A DNA stretch of 18,097 nucleotides from Promethearchaeota archaeon (GTDB lineage Archaea; Asgardarchaeota; Lokiarchaeia; Sigyniarchaeales; SOKP01), in assembly GCA_048938005.1 (NCBI GenBank), contig JBHLMQ010000059.1:1-18097 (forward strand), read 5' to 3'. This document shows positions 1-9,101 of this stretch, in pieces; within the stretch, counting starts at the first letter, position 1, and every line of letters begins with the position of its first letter. Position numbers and translations under genes: made by a program. Under the pieces are notes generated by a model. That model saw nothing but the letters and a program-made list of their open reading frames with translations. It searched no databases and was not told where the DNA came from.

Positions 1-947
1 TAATTTATAACATGAGAGATATTTTCTATGTCAAGACCTCTTGCTGCTACATCTGTAGCAATGAGTAAATTAATTTTATGTGTTCTAAACTCAGATAATA
101 TTTTTTCTCTCTGAAATTGCGATAAATCTCCTGAAATTACACCAACTTTGAAATTAATACCTCTATAAGCTTTTAATCTTTTCTCTAACCAAGACGCTGT
201 TTTTTTTGTATTTACAAACACTAACACATGTTTTGGTTTTTCAATCTTTAAGATTCTTATGAAAGTTTTGAATTTTTCTTCAAACCGTTCAATAAGATAA
301 TAAAACTGCCTTGTAGCACCAACCGTTAAACTATCCCGGCTCAAATTTAAGAATTTAAACTTATTTCCTGTATGCTTTTTAACTAATTTTCTCATATCAT
401 GATCCAAGGTTGCTGAAAAAAGCATAAATTGATATTCTGTGTGTATCTTACTTAAAATATATTTTACATCGGGAGCAAAACCCATATCGAACATCCGATC
501 GGCTTCATCAACCACACAAAAACGGATATTATTGAAGCGAAGCTCCTTTCTCTTATAAAGATCAATTATTCTACCCGGTGTTCCTACAATGATATTAACA
601 CCATTCTTCAATTTGTTAATTTGATTATTTATAGAAACGCCACCATAAATAGTCATTGATTTAATTCTATGATTTCCCAAATCTTTTATAACACTATTAA
701 TTTGTTTTGCAAGCTCTCGCGTCGGAACTAGAATTAAAACTTCATTGTTTATGCATTTTAACTGCTCAATAATAGGAAGTATAAAAGCGAGTGTTTTACC
801 ACTCCCTGTTCGAGCCTGTGCCATTATATGATTGCCTTCTAAAACAAGTGGAATCGCTTCCCTTTGTACAGGAGTAGGATAAATAATGTTTAATTTTTTT
901 AAAGCGATAGTATTTTCTTGATTAATGCCTAAATCTTCAAAATTCAA
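1..947 (-). CDS. DEAD-box ATP-dependent RNA helicase (3' end beyond window)
   Basis: Hand translation from TTG at 947 (in-frame TGA just upstream): NFEDLGI, Q-motif YPTPVQREAIP, motif I AQARTGSGKT, motif II VVDEADRMFDMGF, motif III FSAT, motif V ATDVAARGLDI, then SHVIN at the edge. Missing from the ORF track because there is no stop in the window. Confidence 0.96.
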   Translation of the reverse strand, partial: MNFEDLGINQENTIALKKLNIIYPTPVQREAIPLVLEGNHIMAQARTGSGKTLAFILPIIEQLKCINNEVLILVPTRELAKQINSVIKDLGNHRIKSMTIYGGVSINNQINKLKNGVNIIVGTPGRIIDLYKRKELRFNNIRFCVVDEADRMFDMGFAPDVKYILSKIHTEYQFMLFSATLDHDMRKLVKKHTGNKFKFLNLSRDSLTVGATRQFYYLIERFEEKFKTFIRILKIEKPKHVLVFVNTKKTASWLEKRLKAYRGINFKVGVISGDLSQFQREKILSEFRTHKINLLIATDVAARGLDIENISHVIN

Positions 948-1036
948 TTTTAATTTTCACTAATAACTTACTTTTTTACGCTCTTCTTCAATTAAAATAA
1001 ATAATTTATGAAAGAAAAAGCTTTCTATTTAAATAA

Positions 1037-3223
1037 TTAATTAAAAAATACTTTATTCGTTAGTTTATCTAATTTTAATAATCTTTGATTGATAATGATT
1101 CTAACGTTTTCAGAATTTATTTTGGGATTGTTTAAGTACAAATCTTTAACAATACTTTCATTTTTCTTCCCCGATTTTGTTAGTTCCTTATGCAACAAAT
1201 TATTTTCATTATACAGGGGAATGGGGAACATGAATGGTCTTTTATGAATATGTCTTGAGCTTTTAATCATCTTAATATTTTGGGATAAAATTGGTGAGTT
1301 CAAAATCGCAGATAAATAATAAGCTTCATGTTCTGAATCAGTAGAATAATAATAATTTTCGGATCCAATAATTGTTCGTTGCTTCTTATTATTTATAACA
1401 GCTGCTTTCAGATTAGAGCCACTAGCATTATATACGATGATATAGGATCGATTGTTTACTTGTTTTTTTAATTTATTCCAATAATTTAAATTCGCGAATA
1501 ATGTATTAATACTACTCGTCTTCTTTTTGTTTTCCTTATAAAAATTGTTTATTTCTTTATAAAATTCTAAAGCTTTTGGATAATTGCGTAGAAATTGAAT
1601 ATCATAATCAAAATCTTCATTAATTGGAAGGAACACATTCCTTTTGCTTTTTATAAAGAAAGGTATTAAATCTTTATTTAAAAATGTTTTAAACCGAAAA
1701 TGAGTTTCAATTTCTTTTTTTTGAAATTTATATTCCCATTTTTTTTTTGACCGTGATAATACATCAGGATCAGAAGTAATGAGGATTGTTGCGTTGCTTT
1801 TTTCTTCGATTTTAAAAAATACTAAGCTTCGTGGAACTAATGTTGCTCCCTGAAAAAATTTCTCTCTATAAAGGCTATTTTTTGGACTATAAAGCAATTT
1901 TAATTCTTGATGAGGTGATATTAATTTAGCACCATTCTCTTCAATTCTTAAGCTAGTATACAACGTTTTTTCTTTTAATTCTAATTTATTGTTAAACAAT
2001 TTAGTCTTGATAGGATATTTATCATGAATCGAAATCTTATTGTCTTTTCCAATATACTCTGCTTTCAAGCAAATATGATTTACATTAAAAAAGTAATTAT
2101 TAGGAAAATCCCAAATTTCCAAGTTATTAAATATTGAAAACTTTCTAAATTTAAAGCAGTGATCACCGTTTAAAACACTCTTAGTAATAACAAAAAAGAT
2201 TTTACCATTTATTTTTAAAAATTTCAAGGGAATAGCATAAAAGAAAATGGCAGCTAATTCTATATGTGTAATATATTGACTGGACGGTTTAATTCCGAAA
2301 TTTTCTGATAAATCCCGAATTTTAATTTGATAATCTTTTCTATAGATATCTTTATAGGTTAACCAGGGGGGATTGCCTATCACCAGATCAAATGAGTTAT
2401 ACAAATTCTTGATATTAAAACTAGTTTTTTCTTCATAAAACTCAGGAAACAGTGAATCAATTAATAAGATATTAAAATCTGGTATCTCGTCTTTTTCAAA
2501 ATTAAAATATTCTAAAAGCAATAATAAAATATTAACTTTGGCTGTCATAATCGCCAAGGGATTAATATCAAATCCATAAACATTAGAGATTGCTTTAGAT
2601 TTTAATAATTTTGATTCTGAAGAGTCGAGAATCTTAATTATTGTATTTACTAAAAAATTACCTGAACCACATGAAGGATCTAAGATTTTTGATCCAATTT
2701 TATAAACATCGTCAATCATCTTTTGGACTAGATTTGATGGAGTGAAGAATTCTCCAATTTTATGTCTGGTATCAGCCAAAAAAATTTCTTGATATAACTC
2801 GCTAAATAAAACTTGTTTAGCATATTTCGAGTTTTGAATCTCAAAATAAATCTTCTTAAATAAATCTCTGTGAAATATTATCCAAAAAAAATAATCAAAT
2901 TCAAATATGGATTTCAAATCTTTTTTAATATATTCTTCATAAATTGTTTCAAAACTTAGATTTTTGGAAGAAAATAATTTGGTAATGATAATGATCTTTA
3001 AAACATGGGCAAAATAAGTATGTTTTAGAAACAGCTCATATGTAATTTCATATCCATAAATATTTGTGAAGATTTGTTTCCATTGTCTAAATTTTATTTC
3101 ATAAAATTTTTGTTTTTTAGTTTGTTCTTCAAGATATTTTATAGAGTCGAGATAAATTTCAGAATTTTTGCCCAACAACTCAAAAATAACTTGAGAATTT
3201 ATTAATTTTTTATTTTCTGCCAT
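1037..3223 (-). CDS. N6-adenine DNA methyltransferase (gamma class, Type IIG-like body), apparently without an endonuclease domain
   Basis: GEFFTP (motif X), ILDPSCGSGNFL (motif I), VYGFDINP, DLVIGNPPW (motif IV), and a long C-terminal target-recognition-like region ending YYLSAILNS. Confidence 0.9.
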   Translation of the reverse strand: MAENKKLINSQVIFELLGKNSEIYLDSIKYLEEQTKKQKFYEIKFRQWKQIFTNIYGYEITYELFLKHTYFAHVLKIIIITKLFSSKNLSFETIYEEYIKKDLKSIFEFDYFFWIIFHRDLFKKIYFEIQNSKYAKQVLFSELYQEIFLADTRHKIGEFFTPSNLVQKMIDDVYKIGSKILDPSCGSGNFLVNTIIKILDSSESKLLKSKAISNVYGFDINPLAIMTAKVNILLLLLEYFNFEKDEIPDFNILLIDSLFPEFYEEKTSFNIKNLYNSFDLVIGNPPWLTYKDIYRKDYQIKIRDLSENFGIKPSSQYITHIELAAIFFYAIPLKFLKINGKIFFVITKSVLNGDHCFKFRKFSIFNNLEIWDFPNNYFFNVNHICLKAEYIGKDNKISIHDKYPIKTKLFNNKLELKEKTLYTSLRIEENGAKLISPHQELKLLYSPKNSLYREKFFQGATLVPRSLVFFKIEEKSNATILITSDPDVLSRSKKKWEYKFQKKEIETHFRFKTFLNKDLIPFFIKSKRNVFLPINEDFDYDIQFLRNYPKALEFYKEINNFYKENKKKTSSINTLFANLNYWNKLKKQVNNRSYIIVYNASGSNLKAAVINNKKQRTIIGSENYYYSTDSEHEAYYLSAILNSPILSQNIKMIKSSRHIHKRPFMFPIPLYNENNLLHKELTKSGKKNESIVKDLYLNNPKINSENVRIIINQRLLKLDKLTNKVFFN

Positions 3224-3328
3224 TTTTTATCTCATAAATTAATGCTTCTAAGAACCTTCAATGGTATTATTTAGTACAATAAAATTTTAAATTTATCTAG
3301 TAAAAATTGAAAATAAAAAAGGAGATAC

Positions 3329-3865
3329 TTATTTTCTCATAAATGTGGGAAGCATTAAGGAAAAAATTTCTGCTATCATTCTTAATTTTGATTTCTCTTG
3401 TATTTTTGTTGCAATTAAAATTGATTTGGATAACTCCTCTTTATCCAAAGATCCCCCCGCATAAACTGCTTGTTCAACATTAAATAATAATAGAAATTTT
3501 ACATTAGGATTATTTATAACACTAATTCCCTGAGTCTGTTTTAAATCATCATAAATAGGCATATAATTTTTAGGGATCTCACTTCGATCATTAATAATTA
3601 AAAGAACTGGAATCCCTCTTTCAACAACGCGTTTTAGTTCCTTTGCATAAAAACTGTCTACTCTAGGGGTTACGATATTCAATTGATCTTTAGTTGAATT
3701 AATAAGATTTAATAAAAGATCGTTAAGTACATTTTTCTTATCTGCACCTCCAGAAGACTCTATTGAAAACATTCCTACTAATGACATGATTTTGTTTTCC
3801 AAGTTTGTTATTTGTTCTTTTAATCTCTTATTCTCAACTCTCAGCTCTATAAGTCTGTCTGACAT
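3329..3865 (-). CDS. Coiled-coil + PLD/TrmB-C-like fold protein with degenerate HKD motif
   Basis: N-terminal heptads (LIELRVENKRLKEQITNLENKI). LINSTKDQLNIVTPRV...LKRVVERGIPVLLII matches the PLD-fold pattern, but the HxKxxxxD..GSxN region reads NVKFLLLFNVEQAVYAGGSL. Confidence 0.65.
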   Translation of the reverse strand: MSDRLIELRVENKRLKEQITNLENKIMSLVGMFSIESSGGADKKNVLNDLLLNLINSTKDQLNIVTPRVDSFYAKELKRVVERGIPVLLIINDRSEIPKNYMPIYDDLKQTQGISVINNPNVKFLLLFNVEQAVYAGGSLDKEELSKSILIATKIQEKSKLRMIAEIFSLMLPTFMRK

Positions 3866-3964
3866 TAAACATCAACTTTTTTTTTGTGTTTTTAATGAAT
3901 AGTTTAAATTAAATTTATTCTAATATTTTTTAATTATTGCTATTTTCTAATTGAAAAATTAAAT

Positions 3965-6562
3965 TCAAGAATCTATTTTTTTCCATGGTTTTCCGAAAAG
4001 TAAGTAGCTAGAAATTGCTAAACTAGTATGTAAATCTATTCTCGTAATACCTATTTCATTTAATGTGTCCTTTACCTGGTTTTCTAGAAGACTTTCCATC
4101 TTACTTGCTATGCATTGTTGGCGAGCCTTTAAGAGTGAAACTCCTTGGCTATTCTTGTTTAATAAATTTATAAAAAAATTGGAAATAATTTGCTTTGTTT
4201 CGTTATTAAAGATTGGATAATTCTTTGAAATGATACCAATTATTTTATTATAGTTAAATTGAGATACAATATCTCCAAAACTTTTTAAGGTATTTCTTAT
4301 TTTTTTACCTTCAATATCATAAACTTGGGAGTTAAAGAATATGAAGGGTTGGATTTTTGAACTATTCTGGATTAAAATTTTATTGATTTTATTAAAAGTT
4401 AAAATTTGATTATCATTCGTAATGAAAAAACTATTTTTTGGGCTCCATTTTGAGTAAAAAATGTTTCCTACGAATACAATAATCTGGTAAATACCTGTAG
4501 ATACATTCGATATTATATTTTCTCTTGTTGAATTCGGCCCTATGAGTGCAGCAATCTGATCTATTTCGGATCTTTCATTAAAGAAATTTATTAAATAATT
4601 TAATTCATCGGCACCCGCTTGAAAAGGAAAGATTAACTCTTTTTGTCTCGTTTTTTCATTCCATTTTAAAGGATTTTTAGAATTAATTGAATCGATTATT
4701 AGAATATTGTATCGCTTCTCAGCTAATTCATTTAACTGTGCTTCGAAATCTTTTTGCTCAAATATAATCCCTCTAAGGGGTACATCATCCACAATTACAT
4801 GGTATCCACTCGAGTATTTTAACAAGAAATAATTATTATCATATATAAGATCAAAAGGGATTGTCATATTGTCTAGTATAAAATATATCTGAGGTATTAT
4901 ATCTAGGCTTTCGATTTTAAATGCCTTAAAAAAATTTCTTATTAATTTTGGGAGGAAAATAAATAATAATTCACCAAATTCTCTTAAATTGAAATTGAAC
5001 TTACGTTCCTCAGATTCATTAAAGAGTTCATTATAAATTTCAATGATTTGAGTATCATTCCAAAACTCATTTGTAATTATTCCCTCTATTAGTTCATCAT
5101 TAACAGATATCATTCTATAGGAAATCCTCCCCTTAGAATTTATTCTAAGAATTAGCTGTTTTATAGCAAAATCTTTATGAAATGATTGTGGAGTTTCATC
5201 TTGATCATCAAAAACATAGATCTCTTTTTTTAATGGGTCAATCTCTTTAGATAATGCTACGAGATCTGTTAATATTCTGTTAAAATCTTTATCTAAATAG
5301 GAGATTATTTTTTCTGCGAGATTATAATTTTTTTCTTCAAAGAGCGCTCGGTAAAACATCATTCTCCAAAAATCTCGCTGCTCTAAAGAAAAAAACATGG
5401 ATTTGAATTGCCATAATATGTTGCATGTATAAAAATAATGAAAAATTTGAGCGTTTTTCTGAGGCAATTTTAGGTGGTTGTTTAATTTCTCTAAAGATTG
5501 AAGTAGATATTTTTTTTCTTTCATATCAACAAATTTTTTACAAGCTTCCACCCATAGTTCAATTAAAATATTATCGTAAGATAAATCTGTTTGATATATA
5601 AATAAATCCTCTAAAAAATCATATATATTAAATGCAACTTCAAAACGATTTCTATTTATCGAAAAATCGATGAATTTTCGTATGTAAGTAACAGCATCAC
5701 CATAAGACTGGTATTCTCGGATTTTCGAAAAAATACTACGAATAAAAATAATTATCCAAGAATATTCATCAATATCATTTAAATAATAAATAAGTTCTTC
5801 AAGATCAACTAAAATACTGCTAAAACTTCTTTCATTTATTGAAATTTTACTTATATTGTTAAATTCGTTCTTTAAATAACCTGGAAGACGATTTATTAAT
5901 ATTTTATTTAATAATTTTACAAATTCAGCAGAATCTTCCATCAATTTATATTTCAAGCATACACTTTCTAATAAGATATAGAGAAATAGAGCTCGTTTGC
6001 TCGGTTCTATATTGAATATAGTTTTACTTAATCTCTCCATACTTAAGTTGAAATATTCTGATGGTGCAACTGACTTTCTTAGAAAGATCTGTAATATTTG
6101 TAATTCAAATATTTTCTGGAAATCATCCCTCTCATGTAACTTTGCTGAAAAGGAATTAATAAATTTGGTTATGCCTCTTTGCGATAAATCTTCCTTTTTA
6201 ACGAATTTTTGAAGTAGATTTGTACCGAAATTATTAAATAAATAGAAATCATCTAATTTAGATAAAAATGAAAAGAACCTTTTATACGCATCAACATATC
6301 TAATTAAATCAATATCTACTTTTCCTTCTTTATATTTTACTAAGGAATTCAAATACATCCACCATGAATTAGAAATAATCATTATTAATTGATGCTTTTT
6401 CTGAATATCTAACCAATCATTCTTCTCTATTTCAGAAGTGAGATTATTAAAAACCTTAGATGCCCATTTATGATTTGCGGCATAAAGTAATTTTCGAGCA
6501 GTAATAATTTTATTTTGAAAATTAGTTAAAAATTCTTGTTTTATATCTAAGTTAACAGACAT
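3965..6562 (-). CDS. Helical-repeat protein with C-terminal CHAT (caspase-like) domain, catalytic residues absent
   Basis: About 450 aa of helical, TPR-like-looking sequence, then CHAT hallmarks: LREFGELLF, LDNMTIPFDLIYD, NILIID, GADELNYL, LIGPNSTRENII, QIIVFVGN, FIFFNSQ, GVSLLKARQ, SSYLLFGKP. Confidence 0.75.
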   Translation of the reverse strand: MSVNLDIKQEFLTNFQNKIITARKLLYAANHKWASKVFNNLTSEIEKNDWLDIQKKHQLIMIISNSWWMYLNSLVKYKEGKVDIDLIRYVDAYKRFFSFLSKLDDFYLFNNFGTNLLQKFVKKEDLSQRGITKFINSFSAKLHERDDFQKIFELQILQIFLRKSVAPSEYFNLSMERLSKTIFNIEPSKRALFLYILLESVCLKYKLMEDSAEFVKLLNKILINRLPGYLKNEFNNISKISINERSFSSILVDLEELIYYLNDIDEYSWIIIFIRSIFSKIREYQSYGDAVTYIRKFIDFSINRNRFEVAFNIYDFLEDLFIYQTDLSYDNILIELWVEACKKFVDMKEKKYLLQSLEKLNNHLKLPQKNAQIFHYFYTCNILWQFKSMFFSLEQRDFWRMMFYRALFEEKNYNLAEKIISYLDKDFNRILTDLVALSKEIDPLKKEIYVFDDQDETPQSFHKDFAIKQLILRINSKGRISYRMISVNDELIEGIITNEFWNDTQIIEIYNELFNESEERKFNFNLREFGELLFIFLPKLIRNFFKAFKIESLDIIPQIYFILDNMTIPFDLIYDNNYFLLKYSSGYHVIVDDVPLRGIIFEQKDFEAQLNELAEKRYNILIIDSINSKNPLKWNEKTRQKELIFPFQAGADELNYLINFFNERSEIDQIAALIGPNSTRENIISNVSTGIYQIIVFVGNIFYSKWSPKNSFFITNDNQILTFNKINKILIQNSSKIQPFIFFNSQVYDIEGKKIRNTLKSFGDIVSQFNYNKIIGIISKNYPIFNNETKQIISNFFINLLNKNSQGVSLLKARQQCIASKMESLLENQVKDTLNEIGITRIDLHTSLAISSYLLFGKPWKKIDS

Positions 6563-6586
6563 GAGAATCTTATACCATAATTTTTT

Positions 6587-7783
6587 TTAATTATCAGATT
6601 GATTGAGTTTTTCCATATCTTTTTCTTGATCAATAACTTCTTGGTTAGAATTCTGAATCCATCCTTTTTTTAATTTCCCTTGAGCCCATAAAACTGAGGA
6701 TCCAATCCAACCAATGTTTTCTCTTCCAGAAGCCGCAATAACATTAATCTTTTCTTTTAATCTCTCTGAAAAATGTTTCGAAATCTCAAATTTTAATCTT
6801 ATATCTAATCCTGGTATTAGACTACCGCCACCAGCAAGGATAATATTAGGCAATAAATCCTCCCAATTTTCTCGATCCCAAAATTTAATCATCTTCGAAA
6901 TAGCCTCAGGTAATCCCATATAATCAATATGAATTAGTGAAGGATTAAAGAGTGGTTCAGCAAGTAAAAATCTTTCCGAATTAATTTCTAACGATGATCC
7001 ATCTGGTAAATCAATAATCCTATTATATTTTGTTAAGCCATCTTTAATTTTTTTTACCTCTTCATCTGGATCTAAAATACATAATGATAATTTATTTTTA
7101 ATTTCCTTTGCTATAATCTTATCAAGATAAACTGCTTCCCCAGAGACTTTACTTGTTAAAATCAAGTTCAAGAGATATCTTGTCAAATCCTTACCAGTTA
7201 TAGGAAAAGTATCTCTTGCCATTGTATTTGAGAATCCGTGTAAAAATGTGGTGATATTGGTATTCATTTCACCCATGTTTATAACAACGCCACTAGTTTT
7301 TTGTAAGGTGGATAATATTCCTTGGCTTTCAGATAAAAATAATAAAGAAGGAAAATTAAATATGTTGAAGAAGATATCCTGTAGCTTAGTTTTTTCTAAT
7401 TCAGATATAAAAAAAGGGGATATTATAATTATAGGTTGTTTAAAATGATATTCTTCAGTAATATTTAATTGTCTATAATGATGATAAAAGAATTTCATTA
7501 AAATTTGATAATTACTCTCTTTTTTGAATTCATGAATTTTAAGTATATTAGAATATTTTAAAGCCTCATGTCCGAATAAGTGGCTCTCCGCATTCTTTTC
7601 AGTAATATAGATATCCTCAAGACCATCAATTACATCTGATGTAAATATATAATCAGTATTATCAACATAAACACTAGGAGCAATAATGTCTGGGAAATCA
7701 TTACCTGCCCACCCCAATCGTAAATTATTACTTCCTATATCAATTATTAATGGACGTAATTGATTTTTATTTTCAGATGACAT
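6587..7783 (-). CDS. Divergent actin-related protein (Asgard actin/ARP-like)
   Basis: Colinear with actin: IIDIGSNNLRLGWAGNDFPDIIAPS, FGHEA, FNFPSL, GVVINMG, ITGKDLTRYLLNLI, LPDGSSLEINSERFLLAEPLFNPS, IILAGGGSLIPGLDIRL, RENIGWIGSSVL. Confidence 0.93.
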   Translation of the reverse strand: MSSENKNQLRPLIIDIGSNNLRLGWAGNDFPDIIAPSVYVDNTDYIFTSDVIDGLEDIYITEKNAESHLFGHEALKYSNILKIHEFKKESNYQILMKFFYHHYRQLNITEEYHFKQPIIIISPFFISELEKTKLQDIFFNIFNFPSLLFLSESQGILSTLQKTSGVVINMGEMNTNITTFLHGFSNTMARDTFPITGKDLTRYLLNLILTSKVSGEAVYLDKIIAKEIKNKLSLCILDPDEEVKKIKDGLTKYNRIIDLPDGSSLEINSERFLLAEPLFNPSLIHIDYMGLPEAISKMIKFWDRENWEDLLPNIILAGGGSLIPGLDIRLKFEISKHFSERLKEKINVIAASGRENIGWIGSSVLWAQGKLKKGWIQNSNQEVIDQEKDMEKLNQSDN

Positions 7784-7843
7784 AATTGCTTTACTAAAAG
7801 AATATCTTTAAATTATTCATTTTTAAGAATAAATAAGCTCTGA

Positions 7844-8629
7844 TTAATACTTTAATTTATGAATAAATTCATCTGTGACTTTTTTTAATTGATACTCTTT
7901 AACTTGTAATTCAAGTAAGCCTAAAACTCTTCTAAATTCCTCAGACATGCTTTCAATATCAACCTCTGCAACTCTCTCAATCTCATCTCGTTTAATTTTA
8001 AATTCTTCCAAATTAGCTTGAATCTTATCATATATCGCAGTTATACTGCTTGTTAAATCATCAGTATTTTTCTTTGTAATTTTTCGCATTTTTCGTAAGA
8101 TACCTAAGATATTCGAGATTGACATCTCCCAGCGATCATAATTCTCATTATAACTCGAAAGTAAACCCTCAAAAAATTCTGTTAATTTTAGATAAATACT
8201 CTCCTTTTTAATTTTTGAAGGTTCTACCTTAGTTGAAGGAGGTGGTGTTGTTATTTCCAACTGTTCCTTTTTCTCTATAGGGATTGAAGTTTTTAAATTT
8301 TCTTTAATGTCTGGAATTAATGAAGGTCTAGGCTTTTTCTTTTCTCGGGGTCTTTGAACTAAGGGAACATCTTCCAAGACATATGCTTCCGCTATTTTAC
8401 TTTTAGATTCATGAGACAATTGTGGAGTAATTATTACTTCCCCTTCCTTTTTTGGACGAGCAAATCCTTGTCCCTCAGTCACTCCTTTTAATAATGTCTG
8501 TAATGTAGTTTCTGTTGTTTTTGCTGAATGTAATGCCGTATCTAATGAATAATCTGGGATAGCTTCAGCTTCATCCTTAATATCTTGAGCTTTTTTCTTC
8601 TTCTGAATCTTTTTTTTCTTTTTCGCCAT
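7844..8629 (-). CDS. Hypothetical protein: basic N-terminus, disordered Pro/Lys/Glu-rich middle, C-terminal coiled coil with a WH2-like tail
   Basis: 261-aa ORF starting MAKKKKKIQKKKK. The last ~115 aa are amphipathic helix and end LLELQVKEYQLKKVT. Confidence 0.75.
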   Translation of the reverse strand: MAKKKKKIQKKKKAQDIKDEAEAIPDYSLDTALHSAKTTETTLQTLLKGVTEGQGFARPKKEGEVIITPQLSHESKSKIAEAYVLEDVPLVQRPREKKKPRPSLIPDIKENLKTSIPIEKKEQLEITTPPPSTKVEPSKIKKESIYLKLTEFFEGLLSSYNENYDRWEMSISNILGILRKMRKITKKNTDDLTSSITAIYDKIQANLEEFKIKRDEIERVAEVDIESMSEEFRRVLGLLELQVKEYQLKKVTDEFIHKLKY

Positions 8630-8677
8630 GAGATTTGCCTCATTTTTATCTTTATTTTAAATAATAAAACTCTTGTG

Positions 8678-9079
8678 TTAATCTAATGGAAAAACATCAA
8701 CTTTTAGTGCTTCTCCTCTTTCTATTAAAATATTCCTTAACTTATCTATACTTTTAGGAGTTTCTGATATTGCTGTCCATACTGCTGTCTTATCCTTTTC
8801 AATGATCACTGCTTCACTATATACAAGGCTAAGACCTTCTTCTGCGAAAATGTCAACTAATTTTGCTAAAGCTCCTGGGATATCCTTCATTATAATTTTT
8901 AACTTAATAAGATTGCCTTCATCTTTTAATCCAATGGGAGTTATTCTTATCTCCTTTGTTTCTGAATCACTAACTAACATTAACTGGGAATTCGTGGTAA
9001 GACCAAGATTCTTTCTAGTTACTAGAGGTAATACTATTCGTCCTCGATTATCAATTGTGATAATTTTTACATCTTTCAT
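8678..9079 (-). CDS. AbrB/MazE/SpoVT-family DNA-binding domain fused to an ACT domain (probable ligand-responsive regulator)
   Basis: TIDNRGRIVLPLVTRKNLGL is an AbrB swapped-hairpin signature. IIMKDIPGALAKLVDIFAEEGLSL is an ACT D-x-PG-x-L signature. Confidence 0.88.
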   Translation of the reverse strand: MKDVKIITIDNRGRIVLPLVTRKNLGLTTNSQLMLVSDSETKEIRITPIGLKDEGNLIKLKIIMKDIPGALAKLVDIFAEEGLSLVYSEAVIIEKDKTAVWTAISETPKSIDKLRNILIERGEALKVDVFPLD

Positions 9080-9101
9080 ATTTTTTATTATCGTTTTACT
9101 G

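Noticed and set aside
1037-6562. MTase + PLD + CHAT + helicase as a defence island (DISARM-like or caspase-based)
   Set aside because: The PLD and CHAT catalytic motifs are missing, the helicase is an ordinary DEAD-box RNA helicase, and no mobility genes are present. It cannot be fully excluded without a synteny survey.
5997-7448. Short + strand ORFs 5997-6212, 6714-6923, 7248-7448
   Set aside because: Antisense shadows inside well-supported minus-strand genes, with no recognisable motifs.
8678-9079. AbrB/MazE protein as a toxin-antitoxin antitoxin
   Set aside because: Fused to ACT, and no PIN, MazF or RelE toxin is adjacent.
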